NCBI GenBank assembly: GCA_964187785.1
Contig: OZ076421.1
Coordinates: 8,990,001-9,054,000 of the forward strand
Reading direction: 5' to 3'
Origin: Amphiscolops sp. MND2022
Lineage: Eukaryota
DNA: 64,000 nucleotides
Positions 12,478-23,900 of this stretch are shown here, piece after piece; the stretch's first letter is position 1, and each line of letters begins with the position of its first letter. The translations under genes were made by a program, and so were the position numbers. The notes under the pieces are model-generated. The model was not told the DNA's origin. It made no database searches and was given only the letters and a program-made list of their open reading frames with translations.

Positions 12478-15400
12478 TTAATCTCTTGGATGGGAAGTAC
12501 CGGGGGACCCTGAAGGCACTGGGATCTCACAGCTTGAAGAAAGCCAGCTGGACACCTCTTCCAATGTAACTCCATACTAGAAACAATATTCCTCCGTAAA
12601 AAATATAAACACATTTCGTTTCACCGAAAGGCAAAAGGCAATGAACAAAAACAAAAAGCAAAAGACGGTTTTCGTTCTAGTCAAACAAAGTCAAAAAGTA
12701 CTATGAAAGTTGGCATGAAAATTACATACTTTCTGACAAACGGTGACAATGGAACATTGAACAGTAGGGCAACTCGTCTTCTGTACAATCATGGCAGCGT
12801 TGAACAGCTGTGCCCTCTCAAGTTTGTCCACGCATGCAGAAGAACTAAAATACACCAACCTCTGTGTTTAGGTAGGAATATGATCGTTTGATTGTTAATA
12901 CCAACAGACTGTATACAAGAAGACATGCATCATGCAAAGGTAATAATAATAGTCTAATAATGTATAATAATGATCTACCTCATCAAACTCGCGATGTGTG
13001 TGAACAACAGTCGGGGGAAATAGGGATAACAATCGTTGAAGAAGTCACGCCGGTCCCTCTCTTTGGAGAACTCTTCTGCTGCTTTCTTCACATGCAGGCG
13101 GTTGAATGGAATTGACTACCAGCGCGACGGACAAGCCGAAAGTCTCCACCGCGTAGATCATCTTTGCTGGAAGAATCAGGGCCTGTCCCTCGAAGAGAGT
13201 GACTTTTGTGCACCCGCCCATGTCAAGCTCTTCATCGGAGCCAAAAAAGTTCTATCTAAACAATCAAAAACAGTAATAAATGTTTCCCGGTTATTAGTTA
13301 TACATGCAAAAAACAGAAAAAAAACACTGTGTAGTGTAAGTATAAAAAAAATACTTCCTTGGGAACATGTTTGAATGCCTTGAACAAGTCCACGTTTCAG
13401 ACAGTGGGCATCACAACATGGAAAATTTCAACTCCTGTAACAATAGTTGGTCAGTCACCAAACACGACTATTTTATAACACTATTTTTATTTTATATTTT
13501 GTACCAAAATCTGGGACAAACCCTTGGCCAGATAATAGAAGAGGCTAGTGGATGGAAAGTCCAGATGGAACCGCGTGATCGCGCCATTTTGTGAAATGAG
13601 GAAATAATTGGATTCACGCTCTAGACGCATTTCTGCAGGGGTCTCGTCACAGCTCATGTGCCTAACGGAAACATCGTTTAGGAAGCTGTGCTTCTTGAAT
13701 GAGGCTCCTGGGCACTTGTTCGCCTCGGCGTCGATCACGTTGTAGAAATTGGGGGGAGGGGTCACTCTCCATCATCTCGGTAACTCTGTTACCCTGTACA
13801 ACTTTTTCCCTTCCTAAATAATAAACCGGGTCAGGTTAATGTATCCTTATATTCATAAAACAAAACAAACTTGAAGATTGTATCTCCACCAGCAGTTATA
13901 ATCACTGTGCTCACCTCGAACTTTGTCGTTAAACAACGAAGTGTCACGGGGTTGCCACTGTAATCTTGCATGATCTGTTGGACAGACGACATTCGGCTCA
14001 TCTTCTCCCGGCTTCGCTTAGTGTCGAAACCGGGGATGGCCGAACCGTCAGGGATGACAAAGACATATTCCACGTCCAAAAAAGCCGGGTCTGAGAGCAG
14101 TTCCTGCGTGATTTCGTCTGCTGCAATGTCACGCCGCATCGAGGTGACATTTGGAATCTAAATTCAACAATACATTTCATCACATTACTCAGAAGACAAA
14201 ATCTTACTCTTCAATCCAGAGACTTAAATCTAGAGAGAGATCTAATTCTTATATCCAGAGACTTAAATATACAGAAGAGACCTTATACTTGAATCTAGAT
14301 CTTAAAATCTGAAGAAGATATCTTATTCCTGAATCCAGAGACTCAAATCTGATTAGATCTAGAGTCTGGAGAAGAAATCCCGTTCTTAAAACCTGAGAAG
14401 AGATCTTAATCTTAAATCCAGAGAATTTCTTACTTGACTCATAAAGTTACGTAGCTCCCAGATGCTACCGAAAGATTTCATGTGGTGCGTATCCGTCATG
14501 TTCAACCTTGAAGGTTAGCGTGCATCTGCTCTGCTTTGGCAATGGCACTGGCTTTCGTGGTATACTCTTATGCAAACGCCGCCGTTTCTGTTCCCACATT
14601 TCCTTAAACAATATCACTATTCGGTGTTTTAATCCCACCAAACAATTATGCTTGTAAAACTAGAAATCCATTGAAATCACACATGCTGAAAAATAAAATA
14701 TGAAACATGAAACAAACATCCATAAAAATACATACACTTTTGGGCTCTTCCACTTGAATGTGATTGACTTCTGCAACCTTGAAGGCTTCCAAAACTAAAA
14801 TGGAAGCGATTGCCTCTTCTTCTTTCTTCTCCTCAAGAAAGACAAGTGACTCTTCGGCAGTAGCTTCTTCCACCTCTGTTGCAAAGTGAAGGGTGGAAGA
14901 GGATGAAACAACACCAGCTTGCTGCACAGGACTGCTGCATTCAGGAACCTATTCAAGGATAAATCAATTGAACTCAAAAATGTAAATCAGCCAAAATCAA
15001 AAACTAGGTTTTGATTCTTATTCATGCACAAAAATAACGTTTTTAATGGAATATGTTAATAGTGTATTGCCTCCCACTACGGTGTTGATGTCGATGTCGC
15101 ACTGGCTTCTCGTTTAATCGCCTTGAATGGTGGCGGTTGCTCGAAGAACTTCCTCGTCCTCCCTTCTGCCCAGAAAGCCTTCTTCCACCCCGGGTATGTG
15201 TCTCTTACGAGAACAAAGTTTTCTCGTATGGGCTCGAGGAATTTGCCCAATCTTCTGCTGTCAGGGCATTTCGAGCATTCAAGCATCGGAGTGTCAACAC
15301 ATGATCAGCAGTCTGCTGCACGTCCTTGAAGAATGAGCCATCAGTAGGAGAGCCACAAAACATGCACTTCTTTCTTATTCCGCGTGTCTTCTCTCTCCTA

Positions 15401-15483
15401 CCGAAACTCTGATTAACGTGCCGGGTCAGATTGCCCTTGTTCGAGAAGGTCAGGTTGCACGTGGGACATCAAAAAGGTCACAT
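12478..15483 (-). pseudogene. Multi-exon gene: C2H2-type zinc finger plus JmjC domain of the KDM2/KDM7(PHF2/PHF8) class, with in-frame stops
   Basis: Spliced translation gives FYNVIDAE...NYFLISQNGAITRFHLDFPSTSLFYYLAKG|VEIFHVVMPTV*NVDLF...|NFFGS...CTKVTLFEGQALILPAKMIYAVETFGLSVALVVN. This follows the KDM2/7 consensus (LNVISLE; YCLMS..SYTDFHIDFGGTSVWYH; K.F.LIPPT; L..GQTL.IP.GWIHAV.T). GT-AG introns were read at 13521/13435 and ~13355/13250. CPTCNLTFSNKGNLTRH lies at ~15420-15468. The outer exons are tentative. Confidence 0.75.
14190..14425. repeat. ~40-bp degenerate minisatellite (intronic)
   Basis: ATCCAGAGACTTAAATC-like units at 14214, 14253, 14293 and 14333. Confidence 0.75.
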
Positions 15484-16224
15484 ATTTCCGATGAGAACAA
15501 TCAAATAGTTAGTTTTTTAGGCCTACAAAAATTTCCTTCAATCATGCTTATAACTGCCAAAGTTGGAAAAAACTACTTCGATAATATTTTGTTTTAGTTT
15601 TCAAGAGATTACTGATACTTTTCCTACTTCCAGAGGTAGGCATCGGTCTTACATGCAATCATGACACAATGCACAAGTTAGTACGGCAGATGTTGCATTC
15701 GCAAATGTGTAACGGAAACCGTTACCGCAGCAACGTTACGTAATTTTTACTCTGTTTGATTTGATCGCACTGCACCAACTGCAAAATCTAGAGATTGCTT
15801 CGCCTTAGCGTACTGTATTCTCGTTAGATGCAAGTTTCAACTCTAACTGACATTTCTCTGGGTTTCGGAATGAGTTCCGTTTCTCGGTAATCTTCCGGAC
15901 TAAGTTCTTAGAGCAATGAACTACACCATGATGGCGACTGCTCCCAAGCCCCTTGCGACTGCTCCAAGCATCCTGTGACAACTTCCAAGCCCCTTGGAGG
16001 AAGGGAGCACAAAAGCTTCAATAGACGCTAATAGACTCTCATTGACGCTTATATTACGAATATAGACACATGGACACTGGTAGATTCTTATAGGTTTCTT
16101 CTTGGATTCTAACTATTTCAGATTTTAGATTGGGAGATTTAGGATTACTGGTCCCAAAAGTGTTTTTTCAAGACAGGGTTTTAAAAAAATAAAATTCCTG
16201 AACACAGTTTTATGCACAGAGAAG

Positions 16225-16770
16225 ATTTGGATCTCTTCATGAGATATGGTACAGGAAAATGAAAACATAATGTATTAACATTTGTCTGCGGATTCCGCAG
16301 TATATGTATTACCATTTGCCCCTAAATTCCACACTGCTTTTTGGAAGGCAACAAAATGGATTAAAAAAACGGATTCCACTGATTTGAGGCGCAACACTCT
16401 CGCTAACCGCTGAAATCTGTTTTACGCTACTAGGCAAATTTGGATGTTTTCATGAGGTATGGTACAGGAAACTGAAATCGCAATGTTTCAACATTTGTGT
16501 GCGGATTCCGCTGTACATGTATTAATATTTGTCCTTGAGTTCCACACTGCTTTTTTGTAAGGCAATAATATGGAATATAGAACAGCGGATTCCACTGTTA
16601 TGAGGCGCAACACTCTCGATGACCGCTGAAATCTGTTTTATGTTACCAGGCAGATTTGGATATTTTCCTGAGGTATGGTACAGGAAACTGAAATCGCAAT
16701 GTATCAACATTTGTCTGTGGATTCCGCTGTACATGTATTAACAATTGTCTCTAAATTCCGCATTGTTTTT
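16225..16770 (+). repeat. Tandem repeat, ~213-216 bp unit, about 2.5 copies, containing CGGATTCC motifs
   Basis: GAG(G/A)TATGGTACAGGAAA recurs at 16241, 16454 and 16670. Confidence 0.9.
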
Positions 16771-17344
16771 TTAAATAGGGTTCTATTCCTGTCGTAAATT
16801 TCAGCCGGCCAATCCGAGGTACATGTGTTTCGCGCATTCATCTTTCAAGTCCTGATGAAAAATTGTCGGAGCTTTCTTCGGACCAAAGGACGAACAATGA
16901 GAGAGTTGATAACTCGAGTCAAATGATAATGATAAAAGATGTGTGGCTCTGACACTTCCAAATGATTAAAACCGCATTACGTGCTGCCAATAATTTGAAT
17001 AGTCCTAATTATAAAACTTTTATCATTATAATTATATAATCATCATTATTTCTTTTTGGCAGCGTGTGATGAGGCGTTCAGTATTCTGCCAAAGTGGAAA
17101 TGTGAAATTACCATGATAGTAATTAGCAGTTTAGTAATTAGCAGTTTCAGTAAAGCAAAATCATAATACTATCCATTACATAAAGTTGCTCTACTAGGAA
17201 TCAGTCGATTCGAATTGTAAAGCCTTCTTCTTCTCGAAGGAATCTACAGTGTTTCTGCAAACTCATCAATTTCAGCAACAACCAATAAAAGATCTTGGAA
17301 ACGTGACAGAACTTCAATCTCCTCAACTAGTTACCTCATAGCCA

Positions 17345-17695
17345 GTGCAACAACAACAACCAGAGACGTTTACATTTACACTACCTCATCATCCACTCCC
17401 AATATTAACCCCTCTCTCCCAACCGTTTGATTATTTGACAACCCCTACCGGGAGGAGACCGGCTGCAGTTCTCCAATACTCACACTCGACGACAAATTTT
17501 GATTGGAACCAATCGCAATGGCTCAACGTGGATAAAATTTCGCACGAACTTCAAAACGCCATGCATGGTGACGTTTTTTCACCGCCTGAACATTCGCCGG
17601 ACGTTTTTCTTCCTCCACTTGAAGCTTCGCCGACTGAGCAACTTGAAGAAAGTCGGAAAAGAGCAGCTAGCTCTACAACAAATGACATTCCACAG
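17345..17695 (+). other. Possible orphan coding exon (Pro/Ser/Thr-rich, with an RKR basic patch)
   Basis: Open frame ending at a strong donor CAG|GTAAG (17695); no downstream exon identified before the LTR at 17865. Confidence 0.3.
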
Positions 17696-17864
17696 GTAAG
17701 TTTTTATCTCAGTTTTGTCCCAAAGCAGTTTTGTTCTTAGCAGATCCCAAAAAGGCAATAATCACGAATAGTTATTTATTATTATACAATTCTTCAAATC
17801 ACTAGATCAACTGACATATGGGCAATCAGTAGTTTTGAATGCGTTTAGTATGCAGATTGAACAA

Positions 17865-18270
17865 TGTGACTAAAATTGATTTCTCTTTCTTTTAGTAGTT
17901 ATAGACTGAGAGAAAACCTATCTATTGAGAGATATAAGTAAACTCTGAGTAGGTATTTATCAGAATATACGTCAATAATATAATATATTGTAACTGTCAT
18001 CAATAACTGTCTAGATGAACTAGCATCGCTAAATCGATTGTAGATTAGTGCGCTAATATCTAAATGGTGGAGCATTCACTAAATAGAATAAAGATTAGTA
18101 AGAGCGTTCGTTAAATATTTTAATGGGTACCAATATGTGGATGGTAGCAGCATTCACTAAATAGATAAAATTAGCTTCTTTGGACAAGATGTCAACTGTA
18201 TAATTTTCAAAGAGGAAAACTTCTAGAAAGTTATATAAAAGGTTTTGAAGTCATGTATCATGGCATCACA
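17865..18270 (-). repeat. Gypsy 3' LTR (406 bp)
   Basis: On the minus strand it starts TGTGATGCCATGATACATGAC, ends ...GTCACA, and is preceded by purine-rich GAAGGGAT (PPT-like). It is similar to the LTR at ~36657-37025. Confidence 0.75.
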
Positions 18271-18874
18271 ATCCCTTCAAACACGCACAGCATATTCTAA
18301 ACTATTGTAAACTTCAACAGATCGATTCATTCGTCAAAATCATTTGCGATAATCCTCTCCTGTGCGGTCCTCATTTATGACCACATAGTCTTTTAAATTG
18401 ATGTTTTGCATACTAAGGGGTTGTATTGGTGTTCTAAGTTCATTCATATTATTCGGCTTGAAAGGATTATCCTGTATTTCACATTCCTGATTTTCTGGCT
18501 CAGATGCGTTTTCTTTACCGTCCTCGTTATCTATGTATCTTGAAGTCCCTGCTCTGGGAGTGTTTTGTTCTTGACATCTCCTGCTTGGTACGGATTGTGT
18601 TCTTCTGCTATTTTTCATCTCTTTCAGCATTTTCTCCAGTTTCTCACCATTTCTTTCCTTAAGTTTGCTACTTCTTTATTTGTCTTATCAGATATTCTTT
18701 GGGTCCAGATTTGCATTTCATTTTCATTCTGCGTTCCGCTAACTAATACTGCTCCATCGTTCCTAAATGAACTAACATTTCCGAAATTACTCAAAGTCTC
18801 AATAACAGTTTCATTACCTTGTGATGTTTCTATTTCGGATGTGCTCAATTCTCTCTCACGTGAGGGTGATTGTC
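18271..18874 (-). mobile_element. Internally deleted Gypsy derivative: 5' gag segment joined directly to a short 3' UTR
   Basis: 18348-18874 is a close paralogue of 33849-34375 (gag 5' end). Only ~77 bp separate it from the PPT/LTR, so all of pol is missing. Confidence 0.8.
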
Positions 18875-20211
18875 AGTCGCAGCTGTATAGGCCGCCAGAG
18901 CATCAAGGGCAACTCTGTCGTAAGTTCTGCCGCACCAGTGACAATTCCCCTGAACATGAGGCATAACAGGAGGGTTAAGTTGCCTTCGTAAGGGGTTCCT
19001 CTGTTGTTGTGCATTGCTGTCACTCCGAGCAGGACCCACTTCAGTCGTCTCCATTTTGCTATGAGTGCCTTGGGTGTCCAGGTACAACTGACAATTGGCA
19101 TTATAATAATATGTAACATTAACAGGCCCATCTGATTGCACTATCTCTGTATTTGGGTTATATGGGAGTTGCATGATATTTTGAGAAAGCTAAATTTGGT
19201 AACTGGAAGTGAGTGGCCGGTACACCGAACTGATTTACCATAGGTGTTTGCAGTATTCCCCCCCGTTATATGGGCGAGTATAGTTTCGTTGGGGAATCTC
19301 ATGCGGAATTACCACGGGCGTAATAGGTATGGGTCTGATCGGCCCATTTCTTTGGGTAGCAGCTGGGGGAATATTGCTGTCAGTATCAGGCCGTATAGGT
19401 AGTTGTCTTGCCGGTCGTTCGGCTCTTACAGGCAGAACAGCCAACACAGGTCTACCATAGTTGTTCCTAGGAATATTTGCGAAGTTGGCATTTAACAGTA
19501 ATTCCTCACTATTGCTCCCGCTCGATTCAAAGAATGAAATCGGTGAAATGTTAGACAATTCAGTTTCCTCTGAGATCATGCTCAGCATTTCCCTCTCGAT
19601 ATCAGTACCTATGATATCAATCACAGAATCTTGTCTCGACTCAGGTTCGCTTACGACGAATAATCTTGCAACATCTCCATTTACGAATGCGGCCAAGGGG
19701 TCATTAAGTGGTCCCCCGAGTCTGAATCTCAGGTCTATGGGTTCTGAGTTAGGTTGTGCAGTCAGGAACTCCTCCCCAGAATCGCTCGAAATATTTATCA
19801 GTCCGGGAGAGTTTGTAGAAACAGATCGCATGTCTTCGTCAATCGTGAAGAGGTGAGAGTTATTGGGAAATCTATTGTCCATTTGAGCTTGAAATTATCA
19901 ATTGATTTGTTCCGTGAATATTCGCTGAAAGAACTTTTTTCTCTTCTTTTCATTTGTTGTATATTTTCGCGGGTTTTAGGGGTGTCGTAAACAATTCTCG
20001 ATGTCATATTTCTTCTAGCTTGCAATTTTCCCGGCCATTTCTTATCAGACTCAAGGTTATGCTCCTGTTTTTCATTTAAATAGCTCCATAACAAAATACA
20101 ATCCACTTTGTGATTTCCGTTTATGGTGATAATCGTTTCCATTATCACAACAAGATGAAATTTCTTTTCGCCGCTTCCATATATGGCAAATAGAAGCGTT
20201 GACTTTTCCAT
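18875..20211 (-). other. Cluster of three co-oriented orphan ORFs (137, 215 and 109 aa)
   Basis: ORFs 20211-19798, 19882-19235 (acidic then Pro/Arg-rich) and 19174-18845 (CHWC motif, fused in frame to Gypsy sequence at 18874). No family recognised. Confidence 0.35.
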
Positions 20212-20929
20212 TCAAAGTGACAAAAGCACATTAAACGATTATAAACAAATATGAATAAAGCTTTCCATGATGCATTTAAAAAACCCGGATTTTATTTTTC
20301 GAGTTTTACAATTTTTGTGAAAATTTACATGCAATCTTAAATAAAATAATGAGTAATATTAGAAATGAAAAGTTTATGGGGGCAAAGTTTCTGTATAATT
20401 GTGTATTTTAAACACTGCAAAGTTTCTCAAAAGTTTAGGTTCACACTCATTTACTTTCTATTTTCATCTCATATTGTTTATTTCGGCATCATGATGTCAA
20501 CTGAATGATACACTGTTACCTTCATAGCAGTAAAGCGATGCATGGGGTCATGAGATGCTGTTTTTTTTCAGGTCAACACCAGTTCAAGTTGTTCTGCAAG
20601 ATGCTTTTCACTTCGTACTTTTCTTCAAACAGCCACTAGGGGGCGGCGCATCATGTATATGTAAATGAGCTTATCACTGGCAAGTTTGATCGGTTTCTAA
20701 ATATTTCAGCCAATCAGCGTTTAGTATTTGCGCAAACATGTTAATGTAATTTGTTCAACCGGAAGCCACGCCACATCTCATGTCCGTATACTGTATTATT
20801 CTTGGTCAGTTTCAAAGTCGTTTTGTCGTCAAATTTCTATAAATTCTTCAATTCATCAAGTTTCCGTTTTTATTTTGTAATCATAGTTTGTAGTTCAGCT
20901 TTCATTTTCAATCAGCAATTTCCTTTTGA

Positions 20930-23900
20930 ATTCGTATTTACAATTCCATTTTTATTCCTTGCTTCACTTGGTTATTCACCAAATGGTGCGTTCGCGTTCT
21001 TCTTCTTCCCGCAGGAAGGCAACCCCCCGCTGGAGAGAACTGCAGTTGCGAGGAGTCTCCGGTCATCCACTACTACTATATCATGCGGTAAGCTTGAATT
21101 TTGGTTGATTTTTCTGATTGACTCAGACAGTACTTTTCTTTTCTTTGTGACGTCACGGATTTTAAATGCAAGTTGGCCAGACTCACATTTTAGTGTCGAC
21201 TATCTTTTGATTTGTCAACTTCCGGTTTTCAAGTTTTAGGCGGAAATAATAAGTTCCTGTTACTGATTTCTGTTATCGACATCAATACAATTCAGGATTT
21301 TTGTTTCAGATTCTTCCCCAGCTCAGCTGCGAAGTAGGGTTTCTAAACCTTCTGATACCAGCGAAGCTCCCGTAACACAACAAACTGTTTTACTGGAAAA
21401 TTTTTCCCAGCGGTCAATTCCGGATGGTCTTCAACTTCCCCCAAGCTTGACCCCGCAAGTCCTTATCGAAAACAAGATATCTGAGTTTGTCAACATTCTG
21501 GACGAGTCAACTCACGCAGAACAACAGAAAGAAACAACTGCCACTGATTGGGTTCAGCAAGAGATGGGTTCACTTTTTAACGCACCCGTAGGCGGGAAAC
21601 TGCCTTGTACTTCATTTGTACAATGGTACACCCACACCAGGTAAGAAAATTCCAGAAGAGGGAGTAAATTCTTCTCAACAAACTCCTGTGAGCAAGAATG
21701 CATCATCGTTCACTCGTTTCCTCACTCAGCTTTTTTTCGTGAAGTCCAAGAAATCCATTTCTCCAGGACGAAAAAAAATTACACGGATCATCGATTCTCT
21801 GACTACCAGTAAAGACAGTCCTGGGGACACTGGGGAGGTAAGGCTTTCCCGAATTCTGGCTGAAGCAGCAGAAGAAGCGAGTACCCAGGTCCAGTCCGGT
21901 TTTGAAGGTGCAACTGGCGCAAACTTGATCCAAGGATCCAGCAACACATTCACCTCCAAAAGGAGTTGCAGAACAATAGCTGAGGCTAAAACTCCTTCAA
22001 AACGAGCATACATAGAAGAGGATAGTGATGAGGAGTCGGAGGAGTCAGAAGCTAGTACTGACTCAAGTTTTTCAGTTGAGTTGCTACCCAATGAAGAAGA
22101 TGAGTCCCCAAAAGCGAAACCAGTTAAACGAAAGAAACAACAGGAAGAGACTTCTGCTCCGAAACGAGCTAAGCCGCGACATTTGCTAGCAGGGTGGATG
22201 TACCACCAATATCCAATCCTGAAGTTCTTTGCCACCGCTCCCGCTGATTCTGCTAGATATCCACTAAAATACCGGTGTCGGGTTTGATTAGTAGAATTGT
22301 CTTTGATGACAAAAGGTCCTTTGGAGATCCTTCAGCACTATCGTACGGATGCCCATTTAATTAAAGAACACTGAAAACCCCGGGACTCCCATTGTTCGAC
22401 AAGAATTGTGAAGAACTGAGTGGTATGGCATTAAAGTATGCCAAAGAACGAGCACGACGAGAGTACCCCGTTGCCCCGAAATTAGGAGATTATTATTTGA
22501 GATTGAGACAGCAAGAACAGGCTGGAGTCGCCGGAGAAGATAACCCCAGGAAAGAAATATTCGCGCAACTGAATCTTCTCAAAATTGGACTAATGCATGG
22601 CGGCCAGATCACGACAATGGTGGCTTTATGGCATGATCTCCATGATCTCGTTAAGGAAACAAAGACATCCGAAGCCATTTTTCAACACGACTGGCGACCA
22701 CACCGCATTTTTGTAAGTATTTGTCCGTTTTCTGCAGTTAGGTAGAGTTAATCTTCTATTTACTCAAAGAATGCTTGGTTTTTAAGGGACTCGTCACATA
22801 CATGTTTCGCGAGCTACTTTCTTTCTGTGTGGATTTTATCGAAGCCAACGGCAGTTACTCCCTCAGGCTAACACAGTATGCCAACGAGACGCGCTTCTTT
22901 GTTCATTTCTGGGCAAGAAATTCCTTCGATGGTCTTTGCATTGGAGTCTTCCCCGGGAGAGTCTATACCCCTGAAACCCTCCTGCTGCTTTTGAGTAACT
23001 TCTTTGCACTCATTGGGAAAGATGCTCACTTGCTTTTCATAGCTGGCTTTGCTCCACGGATCGTCTGGACAGTGTCAAGAGTCCTCTCACAACACAGGAA
23101 GATTTGCAGGATCCCCTCATTCAATGCTGAGGACTTGGAGCAGACAATGTTGGTCCCATCTGTACAGATCTTGGATCGATTTGACTTTCGAAGCGTCCTC
23201 GACTTCCTACTTTTACGACTCCGTTCAGCTTGTAGCAGCCCCTGGTGTCATCACTGCCCAATTTTCAACACGTTAGAATCCCCATGTTTCACGTTCTATA
23301 ATTTTTTTTTTATATAAGAAGAAAAATTTTGCGTCTTGATGATTTACATCTAATGTTTATCCAAAAATTTCCGATTCTATTTGCTGCTTATTGCCCCAAA
23401 GTCATTGTAGTTTCGGATTTTTGCAAGTTTCCGCATTTGAAGCATTTTCTTGTTGTGTTTCCAGCATTGTTGTTTTCTTCTTTTTCCGAATAAGGTATTA
23501 TCTTCCTTTTATGCAGCATAAAGTTTGCGATTAGTCATTTGTTCATTTCTGATCTCTTTTGGTTGGTATTTTGTCATGTTTTTTTGCACGTGTTACTATG
23601 AACTCGATTTTTTGTAACTAGGTTTCCAAAGAACTTTTGCACGTGCTACTAGATTCTAGTCAGTTCGTGACTCATCGTGACTTCTGTATTCTAGACTGTC
23701 ACAACATTGGATTACGATCTGCATCGTGCCGTTGAGATCATGAACCATCTGATTACTAACTGGAGCAAAGTGATCCAACATATTCAATGCAGCAGACGGA
23801 TTCCCTCTTACCGTTCCCACATGGAAGAGGTTTGTTCCCAGTTTTCTTCTCCTTTCTACTATATCTGTTTCTTCTAAGTTTCTTTGATTGCTTTGCATAG

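Larger units (their letters stand above)
5378..16797. mobile_element. Putative large DNA transposon (RAG1/Transib-like transposase plus Tudor-like and JmjC genes); boundaries tentative
   Basis: Begins exactly where the Gypsy gag is cut off. GCGGA(A/T)TCCGC motifs cluster near both ends and internally. A degenerate inverted match links ATTACGACGCATAACCCTA (5378) and TAGGGTTCTATTCCTGTCGTAA (16776). No TSD found. Confidence 0.4.

Noticed and set aside
5378-16797. A bona fide ProtoRAG (RAG1L plus RAG2L) element
   Set aside because: No kelch/PHD RAG2-like gene and no CACAGTG-like heptamer termini were seen; the convergent partner is a JmjC gene.
19461-19856. 131-aa plus-strand ORF and similar shadow ORFs (e.g. 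21726-22235, 32953-33258, 34067-34456)
   Set aside because: They are antisense shadows of better-supported ORFs on the other strand.
20270-20290. AAAAACCCGGAT matching the pre-LTR motif at ~37030
   Set aside because: The match is only 12 bp in AT-rich sequence and no LTR follows.
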